The notes under the pieces: model-generated | Told to the model about the DNA's origin: nothing | Seen by the model: the letters and a program-made list of their open reading frames with translations, nothing else | The model's database searches: none | NCBI GenBank assembly: GCA_046598045.1 | Contig: JBKJJJ010000174.1 | Span: forward strand, 32,001 to 96,000 | Length of the DNA stretch: 64,000 nt | Direction: 5' to 3' | Origin: Candidatus Eiseniibacteriota bacterium | Lineage (GTDB): Bacteria > Eisenbacteria > RBG-16-71-46 > DASYSL01 | Part shown: positions 1 to 10,311 of the stretch, piece after piece | Position numbering within the stretch: the stretch's first letter is position 1 | Layout: each line of letters starts with the position of its first letter | Made by a program: the position numbers and the translations under genes

Positions 1-160
1 CGAGTTCGCGGCCGTCCATGAGGATCGCGAACGCGGGATCGTACCGCGGCTCGACGATGAGCGCGTCGACGGTGCGCCGGACCTCGGCGTAGTTCGAGGC
101 GCCGAAGGCGCGGATCAGGACGCGCCGCGCTGCGGGATCGATGGTGTATTCGTAGGGCAT
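1..160 (-). CDS. Hypothetical protein, 5' part only (runs off the window); possibly STAS/SEC14-like small protein
   Basis: ATG at 160 lies just downstream of the kinase stop; it reads MPYEYTIDPAARRVLIRAFGASNYAEVRRTVDALIVEPRYDPAFAILMDGREL with no stop. Confidence 0.55.
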   Translation of the reverse strand, partial: MPYEYTIDPAARRVLIRAFGASNYAEVRRTVDALIVEPRYDPAFAILMDGREL

Positions 161-174
161 GATTGCATTGGATC

Positions 175-1500
175 CTACTCTTGGCTGGCCACCCGCGGGA
201 GATAAACCGAGACTGTCGTTCCCTTCCCGGGCGCCGACTCGACGTGCAGGAAGCCGCCGCATGCCTCGACGATTCGGTAGACCACCGACAACCCGAGACC
301 CGAGCTCTGGCCCGCCGCCTTGGTGGTGAAGAACGGCTCGAAGATGTGCCGGCGCGTTTTCTCGTCCATGCCCGACCCGGTGTCGGTGACGTCGAGCACG
401 ACGTAGATCCCCGGGGAGCCGTTCCCGTCGGCGACGTGTTTCTCCGAGACCGCGATCCGGATCGTGCCGCCGTTCGTCATCGCGTCGCGCGCGTTGGTGA
501 CCAGGTTGAGCAGGATGCGTTCGAGGCGCGGGGGCGAGATCAGGACCCACTCCGGCGTGGTCGAGGGGATGATCTCGAGCGTGATGCGTCGGCCCACGGT
601 CTGGGTCAGCACGTCCTTGAACTTCGCGAGCACCTCACGCACGCGCACAGCGTGCGGCCGCTCGCTGGTGTCCTCGCGCCCGATTGCCAGCAACTCGCGC
701 GTGAGCTCGACGCCGCGATCCGCGGCCGCCACGATGCGCGCGGCCTGCTCGAGCACGCTCGGTGACGCGCTCTCCTCGGACTCGATCAGCCGCGCGTGGC
801 CGAGCACGACCGAGAGGATGTTGCGAAAATCGTGCGCCACCCCGGCCGCGAGGCGCCCGAGCGCCTCCATCTTGCGCACCTCGGCGAGCAATTCCTCGTG
901 CTCGTGGAGCGCGGTCTCGGCGTCGCGGCGGGCCGCGGCCTCGAACTGGAGGGCAACCGTGTCCGCGACCGATCCCGCGAACGCGCAATCCTCGGCGGAC
1001 CATTGGCGGGTGTGGCCCACAGTCTCGTGGCACACGACCCCGACGACCTCGCCGCCCTGGTAGATCGGCGCGTCGAGCATCGAGTGGATGTCGAGTGGTT
1101 CGAGGTAGGTGGCACGGAAGTCGCGCGTGGCGTCGTGCGTCCGCGCGTCCTCGGCGGCGATCACGCGCTGGGTTTCGAGCGCCTCGAAATAGGCCGGGAA
1201 GTCGCGGCGGAAGAAGATCGAACCTTCGGAGTGCTGGTCGCGCTTCGCCTCGTAGAGCTCGAAGCAGCGGATCGCGCTCCTCGCCTCGACGAACAGCCAG
1301 ACGCTCACCCGTTCGATGCCGAGCGTGGTGGCGGCGAGGCGGGTCGACCGCTTGAGGACGGGGCGCAGGGAGGCGCCACCATCGACGCGCAGGCGCGCGA
1401 GGCGGAGCCAGGCGGACTCGTACAGCGATCGACCCGGTTCGAGGGGGGTCGGCTCGACGATAGGCGGCATCTTGGACTCCGTGTCCCTGGGGGGGAACAC
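175..1500 (-). CDS. GAF-domain sensor histidine kinase (no receiver domain)
   Basis: GAF (RVSVWLF...SMLDAPI...GVVCHE), H-box AAGVAHDFRNIL, N-box LNLVTNARDAM, DTGSGM, FEPFFTTK, GLGLS; true start may be ATG at 1470. Confidence 0.92.
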   Translation of the reverse strand: MFPPRDTESKMPPIVEPTPLEPGRSLYESAWLRLARLRVDGGASLRPVLKRSTRLAATTLGIERVSVWLFVEARSAIRCFELYEAKRDQHSEGSIFFRRDFPAYFEALETQRVIAAEDARTHDATRDFRATYLEPLDIHSMLDAPIYQGGEVVGVVCHETVGHTRQWSAEDCAFAGSVADTVALQFEAAARRDAETALHEHEELLAEVRKMEALGRLAAGVAHDFRNILSVVLGHARLIESEESASPSVLEQAARIVAAADRGVELTRELLAIGREDTSERPHAVRVREVLAKFKDVLTQTVGRRITLEIIPSTTPEWVLISPPRLERILLNLVTNARDAMTNGGTIRIAVSEKHVADGNGSPGIYVVLDVTDTGSGMDEKTRRHIFEPFFTTKAAGQSSGLGLSVVYRIVEACGGFLHVESAPGKGTTVSVYLPRVASQE

Positions 1501-1617
1501 GGACTCTGGGCCCTTCCGCGGGGCCCGTCAACCGACCCGCCCCGCCTTGCCGATTCCGCCCGCTCCGGGCTACACTGCGCTCGTTCCTTCCCACCGCCCA
1601 AGTCGGCTGGAGGCGTC

Positions 1618-2472
1618 TTGTCCATCGAATGCATTGCGGTCCTCGGCGCGGGCATCATGGGCCGTGGAATCGCCTACGCGGCAACAGTTTCTGGGTTCGA
1701 CACCCGGCTCTATGACGCCCTCCCGGCCGCCCTCGACAAGGGCGTGGCCGAGATCCGGGGCCTGATGGAGAAGGGCGTGGTCGCCGGGAAGCTTCCGGCC
1801 GCGGCCCGGGATCAGGCCCGCCTCCGGGCGGCGGCGGATCTCGGCCAGGCGGTCGCGGATGCCGACCTGGTGATCGAGGCGGCGCCCGAGAACATCGCGC
1901 TCAAGTGCGATCTCTTCGGGCAGCTCGATCATCTCACCCGGGGGGACGCGATCCTGGCGACCAACACCAGCTCGCTGTCGGTGACCGAGATGGCCGGCGC
2001 CACGAAGCGCCCGGGGCAGGTCGTCGGGATGCATTTCTTCAACCCGGTCCACCGCATGAAGCTGGTCGAGATCGTGCGCGCGCTCGAGACCACGCCCGAG
2101 ACCATCGAGGCGGCGAGCGTGGTCGCGATGCGCATGGGCAAGGAGCCGGTGGTGGTGCGCGAGGCGCCCGGATTCGTGACCACCCGCGTCAATGCGCTGA
2201 TCGGCAACGAGGCGTTCCGCATGCTCGAGGAGGGCGTGGCCAGCGCGCGCGATATCGACAAGGCGCTCAAGCTCGGCCTGAATCACCCGATGGGCCCGTT
2301 CGAGTTGGTGGACCTGGTCGGCCTCGACACGCGGCTTTCGATTCTCCAATTCCTGTTCCAGACGCTGGGCGAGCGCTACCGCCCGAACAACCTCATGGTG
2401 CAGTTCGTGCAGGCGGGGCGCCTCGGCCGCAAGACCGGCAAGGGCGTCTACGAGTACCCGGAAGGAGCCTGA
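1618..2472 (+). CDS. 3-hydroxyacyl-CoA dehydrogenase (PaaH/Hbd-like)
   Basis: GAGIMGRGIA Rossmann motif, EAAPE, ATNTSS, GMHFFNP, HPMGPFELVDLVGLD; TTG start after GGAGG. Confidence 0.93.
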   Translation: MSIECIAVLGAGIMGRGIAYAATVSGFDTRLYDALPAALDKGVAEIRGLMEKGVVAGKLPAAARDQARLRAAADLGQAVADADLVIEAAPENIALKCDLFGQLDHLTRGDAILATNTSSLSVTEMAGATKRPGQVVGMHFFNPVHRMKLVEIVRALETTPETIEAASVVAMRMGKEPVVVREAPGFVTTRVNALIGNEAFRMLEEGVASARDIDKALKLGLNHPMGPFELVDLVGLDTRLSILQFLFQTLGERYRPNNLMVQFVQAGRLGRKTGKGVYEYPEGA

Positions 2473-2473
2473 C

Positions 2474-3958
2474 ATGTCGGCCGACGTGACCGCTGCCACA
2501 CCCACCGTCAAGCCCGGACGCCTCTGGATCGGCGGCGCCTACGTCGACGCGGAGGGCGGCAAGACGTTCGACGTGCTGAACCCCGCGACCGAAGAGGTGA
2601 TCACCACTTGCGCCTCGGCCTCGCCCAAGGACGTCGATCGCGCCGTCGAGGCCGCGCAGGCGGCGTTCCCGGCGTGGGCGAAGATGTCGCCGCTCGACCG
2701 CCAGCGCATCCTGTGGAATATCGGCGAGCGCATCCTCGCGCGCGTCGACGAGATCGCGACCGCCGAGACGCTGACCAACGGCAAGCCGATCTTCGAGTCG
2801 AAGTACATCGACGTGCCCGACGCCGCGAAGTGCTTCCAGTACTACGCCGGCTGGGCGACCAAGATCACGGGCCAGACGATTCCGCTGTCCACCGGGCCGT
2901 TCCTCAATTACACACGCCGCGAACCGCTCGGCGTGGTGGGCGCGATCGTGGCGTGGAACTTCCCCCTGCTGCTCGCGTCGTGGAAGGTCGCGCCCGCGCT
3001 CGCCGCAGGCAATACGGTCGTGCTCAAGCCCGCGGAGTTCACCCCGCTGTCGGCGCTGCTCCTCGCCGAGTGCGCGAAGGAGGCCGGCCTGCCCGATGGC
3101 GTGCTCAACGTCATCCCGGGCAAAGGCTCGATCGCTGGCCAGGCGCTGGTCGAGCACAAGGGCGTCGCGAAGATCGCGTTCACCGGCTCGACCGAGGTCG
3201 GCAAGGGCATCCTCAAGACCGCGGCCGAGGACGTGAAGAAGGTCACGATGGAACTGGGCGGCAAGAGTGCGAACCTCGTCTTCGCCGACGCCGACGTCGA
3301 GGCCGCCGTGCGCGGCGCCGCGAGCGGCATCTTCTACGGCAAGGGCGAGATCTGCGCGGCCGGCTCGCGCCTGCTGGTCGAGCGCCCGATTTACGACACC
3401 GTGGTCGCGAAACTCAAGGAGCGCGCGGAGAAGACGCCCGTGGGCGATCCGATGCACCCCAAGACGCGGCTCGGCGCACTCGTGCGCGAGATCCAGATGA
3501 ACCGCGTGCTCGATTACATCGGCAAGGGCAAGGCCGAAGGCGCGACGCTGGTCGCGGGCGGCGAGCGCCAGCCGATCAACGGCAAGGGTTACTTCGTCCA
3601 GGCGACGGTGTTTGCGGGCGTGACCAACGCGATGACGATCGCGCGCGAGGAAATCTTCGGCCCCGTGCTCGCGGTGATCCCGTTCGACAGCGAGGACGAG
3701 GCGGTCGCGATCGCGAACGACTCGGTCTACGGGCTCGCGGCCGGGCTGTGGACGCGCGACATCAAGCGCGGCCACCGCGTGGCGCACCGCCTCGAGGCCG
3801 GCACGGTGTGGGTCAACGCCTACAACCGCTACGACACGGCGACGCCGTTCGGCGGCTACAAGGAGAGCGGCTTCGGGCGCGACATGGGCCCCGAGGCGCT
3901 GGACGGGTACCTCCAGACCAAGAGCGTGTGGATCGATCTGTCCGAGGACAAGGCTTGA
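2474..3958 (+). CDS. Aldehyde dehydrogenase
   Basis: WNFP, FTGSTEVG, MELGGKS, catalytic Cys in GEICAAG, EEIFGP, PFGGYKESG. Confidence 0.95.
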   Translation: MSADVTAATPTVKPGRLWIGGAYVDAEGGKTFDVLNPATEEVITTCASASPKDVDRAVEAAQAAFPAWAKMSPLDRQRILWNIGERILARVDEIATAETLTNGKPIFESKYIDVPDAAKCFQYYAGWATKITGQTIPLSTGPFLNYTRREPLGVVGAIVAWNFPLLLASWKVAPALAAGNTVVLKPAEFTPLSALLLAECAKEAGLPDGVLNVIPGKGSIAGQALVEHKGVAKIAFTGSTEVGKGILKTAAEDVKKVTMELGGKSANLVFADADVEAAVRGAASGIFYGKGEICAAGSRLLVERPIYDTVVAKLKERAEKTPVGDPMHPKTRLGALVREIQMNRVLDYIGKGKAEGATLVAGGERQPINGKGYFVQATVFAGVTNAMTIAREEIFGPVLAVIPFDSEDEAVAIANDSVYGLAAGLWTRDIKRGHRVAHRLEAGTVWVNAYNRYDTATPFGGYKESGFGRDMGPEALDGYLQTKSVWIDLSEDKA

Positions 3959-3960
3959 GC

Positions 3961-5172
3961 GTGGCGGGCGGGCTGAACGGGCACGGACGAAACGTCGTCG
4001 TCGCGGGCGCGGTGCGCAGCGCGATCGGCAGGTTCGGCGGCGCGCTCGCCGGCGTGCACGTGGCGGACCTGGGCGCGGTGGTCGCGCGCGAGGCGCTCCT
4101 TCGTGCGGGACTCGATTCCGGCCGGGTCGACGAGACGATCGTCGGCCACGCGCGTCAGGCTGGCAACGGGCCGAACGTCGGTCGCCAGGTCGCGCACTTC
4201 GCGGGCGTGCCCGATACGCGCCCGGCGTACACGATCAACAAGGCGTGCGCATCGGGTCTGCAGGCGATCGTCTCGGGCGCGCAGGCGGTGGCGCTCGGCG
4301 ACTCGGACGTCGTGCTGGCGGCGGGGGTCGAGAACATGTCGGCAATCCCGTTCCTCCTGCCCGACCAGCGCTGGGGGAAGAAGCTCGGCGACATGACCGT
4401 GGCGGACGCGATGTATCGCGACGGCTACCTGTGCCGGCTGTGCAACCAGGTGATGGGCGAGACCGCCGAGACGCTGGTCACGCGCTACGGCATCGCGCGC
4501 GCGGAGCAGGACGAGTTCGCGCTCCTGTCGCACCGGCGCGCGACCGCCGCGTGGGCGGACGGGCGCATGGCGGCCGAGATCGTGGCCGTGCCGGTGAAGG
4601 GCCCGCGCGGGCAGGAGTCGCTGTTCGAGCGCGACGAAGCGCCGCGCGCGGACACGACGCTCGAGGCGCTGAGCAAGCTGCCGCCCGTGTTCAAGCAGGA
4701 CGGCTCGGTGGGTGCCGGAAATTCGTCGGCGATCACCGACGGCGCGGCCGCGATCGTCGTGCTGGCGGAGGAGCGCGCCGCCGAACTCGGCGTCACGCCG
4801 ATGGCCCGCATCGTTGCCTGGGCGTCGGCCGGCGTGGACGCGGCGGAGATGGGGCTGGGCCCGGTGCCCGCGATCCGGAAGCTGTTCGCGGCGACCGGCC
4901 TTACCATGAAGGACTTGGACCTGGTCGAGCTCAACGAGGCGTTCGCGTCGCAGGTGCTGGCGTGCGACAAAGAGCTCGGGTTCGATCGCGATCGGCTGAA
5001 CGTGAACGGCGGCGGGATCGCGCTCGGGCATCCGACCGGATGCAGCGGGACGCGCATCGTGGTGACGCTGCTGCACGAGCTTGCGCGCCGCAAGGGGCGC
5101 TACGGACTGGCCACGCTCTGCGTGAGCGGCGGACAGGGCATGGCCGTGTTGTTCGAACGGCTGGAACACTAA
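3961..5172 (+). CDS. Acetyl-CoA C-acyltransferase (thiolase; possibly 3-oxoadipyl-CoA thiolase)
   Basis: INKACASG, ELNEAF, NVNGGGIALGHP, TLCVSGGQG; GTG start at 3961. Confidence 0.94.
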   Translation: MAGGLNGHGRNVVVAGAVRSAIGRFGGALAGVHVADLGAVVAREALLRAGLDSGRVDETIVGHARQAGNGPNVGRQVAHFAGVPDTRPAYTINKACASGLQAIVSGAQAVALGDSDVVLAAGVENMSAIPFLLPDQRWGKKLGDMTVADAMYRDGYLCRLCNQVMGETAETLVTRYGIARAEQDEFALLSHRRATAAWADGRMAAEIVAVPVKGPRGQESLFERDEAPRADTTLEALSKLPPVFKQDGSVGAGNSSAITDGAAAIVVLAEERAAELGVTPMARIVAWASAGVDAAEMGLGPVPAIRKLFAATGLTMKDLDLVELNEAFASQVLACDKELGFDRDRLNVNGGGIALGHPTGCSGTRIVVTLLHELARRKGRYGLATLCVSGGQGMAVLFERLEH

Positions 5173-5189
5173 CGAGAGGGAGACGCACG

Positions 5190-6002
5190 ATGTCGACGAC
5201 GGCCAATGCCGCGAAGTTGGTGGAGTATCGCAAGGAGGGCGGCATTGCCGTCCTCACGCTCAACGATCCGCCGGCGAACACCTACACGCACGAGATGATG
5301 AAGGACCTCGACGAGTGCATCGTCAAGGCGCGCTTCGACGCCGAGGTGCACGTCATCGTGATCACCGGCGCGGGCGAGAAGTTCTTCTGCGCGGGCGCGA
5401 ACATCAACATGCTGCAGACCGTCGACCCGTACTTCAAGTACTACTTCTGCCTGCACGCGAACGAAACGCTGATCCGCCTCGAGCAGACTCCCAAGCTCGT
5501 GATCGCGGCGATCAACGGCCACTGCGTCGGCGGCGGCCTCGAGATCGCGATGGCGGCCGACCTCCGCATCGCGCACCGGGGCAAGGGCAAGACCGGCTTG
5601 CCCGAGGTCGCGCTCGGAGTGCTCCCGGGAACGGGCGGCACGCAGCGGCTTGCGCGCCTCGTCGGCAAGGCGAAGGCGATCGAGCTCATGGTCACGGGCG
5701 ACACGTTCGACTTCGACAAGGGCGCCGAGCTCGGCATCATCACGACCGTGCTCGACGCCGCGGATACGGCCGCGTTCCAGGCCGCCGTGATGGAGTACGC
5801 GCAGCAGTTCTGCCCGCCGAACAAGGCGAGCAAGGCGGTGGGCAACATCAAGCGCAGCGTGCAGTCGGGCGCCGAAGTCCCGTTCTCCGAGTCGCTGGCG
5901 ATCGAGCGCGAGCTGCAGCAGCTCCTGTTCCAGAGCGAGGACGCGAAGGAAGGCCTCACGGCGTACGTCGAGAAGCGGAAGGCGAACTTCAAGGCGAAGT
6001 AG
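5190..6002 (+). CDS. Enoyl-CoA hydratase/isomerase, single-domain BoxC-like
   Basis: Crotonase motifs FCAGAN, GHCVGGGLE, GLPEVALGVLPGTGGTQRL. The GANINML...KYYFCLHANET segment resembles the BoxC N-terminal domain as I recall it. Confidence 0.88.
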   Translation: MSTTANAAKLVEYRKEGGIAVLTLNDPPANTYTHEMMKDLDECIVKARFDAEVHVIVITGAGEKFFCAGANINMLQTVDPYFKYYFCLHANETLIRLEQTPKLVIAAINGHCVGGGLEIAMAADLRIAHRGKGKTGLPEVALGVLPGTGGTQRLARLVGKAKAIELMVTGDTFDFDKGAELGIITTVLDAADTAAFQAAVMEYAQQFCPPNKASKAVGNIKRSVQSGAEVPFSESLAIERELQQLLFQSEDAKEGLTAYVEKRKANFKAK

Positions 6003-6222
6003 TCGCCTTGCAGGACGGGTGGTGCACGCGGCGGGCTCCGCATCGGGCCCGCCGCTTCGTATTTGCGCCGGTTGCGCCCGGGCGCGCATCATGCGGGAAG
6101 CCCGGCAGTTCCGATCGGGCCCACGCCACGCCCGTCGATTGCACCGGAGGAACGAATATGTCCCCCCCTGGAATCCTGCTTCAGACCGGATTCGGCGACC
6201 CCGTCGCCGTGTTGCGCAGGCG

Positions 6223-6615
6223 ATGATGCGGATCGCCTCGCTCGCCCTCGTGGTGCGGGACTACGACGAGGCAATCGCCTACTACACGCAGGTCCTCGGC
6301 TTCGAGTTGCTCGAGGACGCCCCCGGGGGCGCCGGCAAACGCTGGGTGCGCGTCGCCCCGCCCGGCGGCGAAGGCCCGACGCTCCTCCTGGCGCGCGCGG
6401 TCACGCCCGAGCAGGAGCGTGCGATCGGCTGCCAGACCGGCGGGCGCGTGTTCCTGTTTCTCGAGACCGATGACTTCGCGCATGACTACGCGGCATTCCT
6501 CGCGCGCGGTGTGCGCTTCGTCGAGTCCCCACGCACGGAGGACTACGGCATGGTGTGCGTGTTCGAGGACCTCTACGGCAATCGCTGGGACCTGATCGAG
6601 CGCCTCCGTGGCTGA
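6223..6615 (+). CDS. VOC/glyoxalase family protein
   Basis: [13 protein letters not shown]...KRWVRV...GRVFLFL.TDDF...[11 protein letters not shown]. Confidence 0.9.
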   Translation: MMRIASLALVVRDYDEAIAYYTQVLGFELLEDAPGGAGKRWVRVAPPGGEGPTLLLARAVTPEQERAIGCQTGGRVFLFLETDDFAHDYAAFLARGVRFVESPRTEDYGMVCVFEDLYGNRWDLIERLRG

Positions 6616-8509
6616 GCGCTCCACGTCGCGGGAGCAATCCCGCTCCGCCATCGCGGTGCTCTCGCTGGTCGCCATCGCCGTTCACCTCGCGCTGCGCTAC
6701 TTGTTCCCCGCCGCGGGGAGCTGGCGGGTGGGCGGGACCTTCGTCTACGACTGGCCCCTGGGGCTTGCGCTGCTCGGCGGCGGCGTGGTCCTGATTCTCG
6801 ACCTCGTGAAGAAGCTCGCGCGCGGTGAGTTCACCGCCGACGTCCTCGCCGGCATTTCGATCGTCACGGCGGTGTTCCTCGGCGAATACCTCGCGGGCGT
6901 GGTGGTCGTGCTCATGCTCTCGGGCGGACAGGCGCTCGAGTCGCGCGCCGTGCGCAGCGCGTCGGGCGTGCTGCAGGCGCTGGCACGCCGCTCGCCGTCG
7001 CGCGCGCACCGGAAGCGCGGGGAGACGCTGACCGACATCGCGCTCGAGGAGGTGGCGATCGACGACCGGCTCGAGATCTTTCCGCACGAGACCTGCCCGG
7101 TGGACGGGGTCGTGGTCGACGGCCACGGGACGATGGACGAGAGCTACCTCACCGGCGAGCCCTACGTCCTGTCGAAGGCGCCAGGTTCGATCGTGCTGTC
7201 GGGCGCGATCAACGGCGCGAGCACGCTCACGATCCGCGCCGAGAAGCTCGCGGTCGATTCGCGCTACGCGAAGATCATGCAGGTCATGCGCGACTCGGAG
7301 GAGAAGCGGCCGCAGCTCCGGCGCCTCGGCGACAAGCTCGGGTCGATCTACACGCCGATCGCGCTCGCGATCGCGGCCGGCGCGTGGATCGCAACCGGCG
7401 ACGTGGTGCGCTTCCTGAGCGTGCTCGTGATCGCCACGCCGTGCCCGCTCCTGATCGGGATCCCGGTCGCGGTCATCGGGTCGATCTCGCTGGCCGCGCG
7501 GCGCGGCATCATCCTCAAGGACCCCGCGGTGCTCGAGAACATCGACCGCTGCCGGATCGCGATGTTCGACAAGACCGGCACGCTGACCTACGGGCAGCCG
7601 CGCCTGACCGACGTCGTCGCGTCACCGGGGTTCACGTCCGAGGAGGCGCTCGCCGTGGCCGCAAGCCTCGAGCGCTATTCGCGCCACCCGCTCGCGCTCG
7701 CTGTCGTGGACGCCGGCCGCGCGGCCGGCCGCGCGATGCACGAGGCCACCGAGGTCAGCGAGCGCCCGGGCGAGGGCCTCAAGGGGGTCGTCGATGGTCG
7801 CGCGATCCAGATCACGGGCCGGACGAAGGCAATCGGCGCACACCCCGGCCTCGAACGCGAGCTGCCGACGTTCGAGGGCGGCATGGAGGCGGTGGTCCTG
7901 GTCGACGGGCGGCTCGCCGCGCTCGTGCGTTTCCGGGACGAGCCGCGCGCGGACGGTTCACCGTTCATCCGCCACCTCACGGGTCGACATGGCTTCGAGC
8001 GCGTGCTGCTGGTCTCCGGCGACCGCGCGTCCGAGGTCGAGTACCTGGCAAAGCGCGTCGGCATCAGCGAGGTGCACTCGAGCCAGAGCCCGGAGCAGAA
8101 ACTCGCGCTCGTGCGCGAACTCACGAAGCTCGCGCCCACGGTGTTCCTCGGCGACGGGATCAACGACGCGCCCGCGCTCACGGCGGCGACCGTGGGCATT
8201 GCGTTCGGGCAGGGCAGCGACATCACGAGTGAGGCTGCGGGCGCCGTGATCCTCGACAGCTCGCTCCAGCGCGTCGACGAATTGCTGCACATCGGCCGCC
8301 GCATGCGCGCGATCGCGCTCCAGAGCGCGGTCGGCGGCATGGTGCTGAGCGTCGTAGGCATGGGGCTCGCCGCCGCCGGCTACCTGCCGCCGGTCGCAGG
8401 CGCGATTGCCCAGGAGGCGATCGACCTGCTCGCGATCTTGAACGCGCTGCGGGTCGCGCTCCCCCCCAAGGAACTGTCCGACTACCGCGTCGACGGCGCG
8501 GCCACCTGA
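6608..8509 (+). CDS. Heavy-metal P1B-type ATPase (P1B-5-like)
   Basis: TGE, TPCP membrane motif, [22 protein letters not shown] in the last helix. Confidence 0.93.
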   Translation: MAERSTSREQSRSAIAVLSLVAIAVHLALRYLFPAAGSWRVGGTFVYDWPLGLALLGGGVVLILDLVKKLARGEFTADVLAGISIVTAVFLGEYLAGVVVVLMLSGGQALESRAVRSASGVLQALARRSPSRAHRKRGETLTDIALEEVAIDDRLEIFPHETCPVDGVVVDGHGTMDESYLTGEPYVLSKAPGSIVLSGAINGASTLTIRAEKLAVDSRYAKIMQVMRDSEEKRPQLRRLGDKLGSIYTPIALAIAAGAWIATGDVVRFLSVLVIATPCPLLIGIPVAVIGSISLAARRGIILKDPAVLENIDRCRIAMFDKTGTLTYGQPRLTDVVASPGFTSEEALAVAASLERYSRHPLALAVVDAGRAAGRAMHEATEVSERPGEGLKGVVDGRAIQITGRTKAIGAHPGLERELPTFEGGMEAVVLVDGRLAALVRFRDEPRADGSPFIRHLTGRHGFERVLLVSGDRASEVEYLAKRVGISEVHSSQSPEQKLALVRELTKLAPTVFLGDGINDAPALTAATVGIAFGQGSDITSEAAGAVILDSSLQRVDELLHIGRRMRAIALQSAVGGMVLSVVGMGLAAAGYLPPVAGAIAQEAIDLLAILNALRVALPPKELSDYRVDGAAT

Positions 8510-8630
8510 TCGGCCCTACTCCGCACCGGCTCGCCCCACTTGACGCACCCTTGCCGTGACCGCCGCGCGCGCCTGCCGCATGATGCTCAACGCGGCGCGA
8601 TCCGGCGCAGCTCCAAAGACGGAGGAGAAC

Positions 8631-9134
8631 ATGGCTGGAACACGAGTGTGGGGCGTGGGGTTGAGCGCACTCGCGGGAGCGCTGGCGCTGGTCGCGCTCG
8701 GACGCGGCACGACCCACGGCGCCGAGGGCCCGGGCACCCCGGTGGACAGCGCGGCGCTGATCGAGGTCGACAATCATCGCATCGCCGCTGAGTTGCGCAC
8801 GAAGATCGCCGGGCACGAGAACGCTCCGGCGGATTCCGTGTTCGAGAATATCAAGCTGTTCAAGGGCGTCCCTGCGGGGCGCGTGCTCTCGATCATGGAG
8901 ATGGGTTTCGCCCGCTCGCTCGGCGTGCGCTGCGAGCACTGCCACGTCGCCGGCAAATGGGCGTCCGAGGACAAGAAGCAGAAGCAGATCGCGCGCGACA
9001 TGTCGGCGATGTCCCGCGCGATCAACGACACGCTGCTGACGCGTATCCCGAACCTCGAGGGCCCGCACCCGACGGTCAACTGCACGACCTGCCACCGCGG
9101 CCAGGTGAAGCCGGCGCTCAACCTGCCGCATTGA
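8631..9134 (+). CDS. Exported di-heme c-type cytochrome (PufC-related small family)
   Basis: Signal peptide, VFENIKLF...M, two CxxCH motifs (CEHCH, CTTCH); GGAGGAG RBS before 8631. Confidence 0.85.
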   Translation: MAGTRVWGVGLSALAGALALVALGRGTTHGAEGPGTPVDSAALIEVDNHRIAAELRTKIAGHENAPADSVFENIKLFKGVPAGRVLSIMEMGFARSLGVRCEHCHVAGKWASEDKKQKQIARDMSAMSRAINDTLLTRIPNLEGPHPTVNCTTCHRGQVKPALNLPH

Positions 9135-9197
9135 AACGCCGCGCCCTTGGGCGCATGATCGGCGGGTTCTTGGAGTTCTGCGTCCGTGGAGGCCGGC

Positions 9198-9629
9198 ATG
9201 CGCGACATCGTGAAGCGTTACACCAAAGGCGACGTCACGGTGGTCTGGCAGCCCGGGCTCTGCATCCACTCGCGGGTCTGCTTCCACGGGTTGCCGACGG
9301 TGTTCGATCCCCGCAAGCGCCCGTGGGTCGACATGGAGGGTGCCGAGGGGGCCGCGATCGCGGAGCAGGTCCGGCGCTGCCCGTCGGGCGCGCTGTCGCT
9401 CGCGGCGTCGGAGGCAAGTTTCTCGCCCGAAGCCGCAAAGGCCCCGGCCCCCGTCAGCATCGAACCCCAGCCCAATGGCCCGTTGCTCGTGCGCGGCGAC
9501 GTCGAGGTGCGCCTCGCCGACGGCAACGTCGAACGCCGGCAGGGCTCGTGCACGCTGTGCCGCTGCGGGCAGTCCTCGAACAAGCCGTTCTGCGACGGCA
9601 CCCACGCAAGGGTTGGATTTCAGGGCTGA
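9198..9629 (+). CDS. Divergent 4Fe-4S (Fer4_19) plus CDGSH iron-sulfur domain protein
   Basis: CIHSRVC...VFDP..RPWV...CPSGAL, followed by NGPLLV...LCRCGQSSNKPFCDGTH. Confidence 0.9.
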   Translation: MRDIVKRYTKGDVTVVWQPGLCIHSRVCFHGLPTVFDPRKRPWVDMEGAEGAAIAEQVRRCPSGALSLAASEASFSPEAAKAPAPVSIEPQPNGPLLVRGDVEVRLADGNVERRQGSCTLCRCGQSSNKPFCDGTHARVGFQG

Positions 9630-9644
9630 ACGGGCTGGGCGCTG

Positions 9645-10130
9645 TCAGCGCACGAACCTGACTACGGATCCGCTGCTGCCGCCGAACGCCTCCGCCACCG
9701 CGCGCTGCCGATACTCGAAAATCCTCCGCAGCTGCACGCGCACGATCGGGTGCGCCAGCTCGCCCAGCGGTGCGAGCGGCAATCGATAACGCACCTCGTC
9801 CTCGACGCGCGTGCCGCCGTCTTGGGTATCGGTCAGTCGGTGCACGTGGATCCAGAGGGCGTAGGGCCCGGATTCCTGCTCGTCGACGAACGCGTGGGGC
9901 GGGTCCCAGCTCGCGATGCGTGTCCGCCAGCGCATCGGGACCCCATGGAGTGCGAGCCGGTACTCGATGCGCGCGCCCTCGCCCATGGCGATCGGCAGCG
10001 GCGACAGGATCCGGAACGCGAGTTCGGGCGGGGTGATTCGCTCGAGGTTCTCGGCCCGGGCGAAGAATGCAAAGACCTCGGGGCGGGGCCGGGCGAGAGT
10101 GATCCCCGTCGTGAGGACGTGCTCGCTCAC
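9645..10130 (-). CDS. SRPBCC family protein
   Basis: VFAFFA...NLERITP...WRTRI...FVDEQ..GPY..W.H.H...IF.YR. Confidence 0.88.
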   Translation of the reverse strand: MSEHVLTTGITLARPRPEVFAFFARAENLERITPPELAFRILSPLPIAMGEGARIEYRLALHGVPMRWRTRIASWDPPHAFVDEQESGPYALWIHVHRLTDTQDGGTRVEDEVRYRLPLAPLGELAHPIVRVQLRRIFEYRQRAVAEAFGGSSGSVVRFVR

Positions 10131-10311
10131 CCGCGGCCTGGAATGGGAAACCGATGGGGCATGCGGAGTTCTCCCGGGCGATGTGGTTCATGCCGATCGT
10201 CACGAGGGAGGCCCGGACCTTAGGGGGTTCGGCCCGGTGCGACAAGGGGTTGTTCCCGGCGCGGAAGGGGCGTAGGCTCTTTGCACGCCGGGCACGAGCA
10301 GGAGCTTTCGC

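Noticed and set aside
796..1617. Long N-terminal extensions given by the ORF track (796-, 2608-, 4245-, 34930-, and the upstream part of 44609-47656)
   Set aside because: They overlap neighbouring real genes; RBS-supported downstream starts match the family lengths
8631..9134. PufC-like cytochrome as evidence of phototrophy
   Set aside because: It has only two hemes and there are no pufLM or bch genes in the window; such small homologues occur in non-phototrophs
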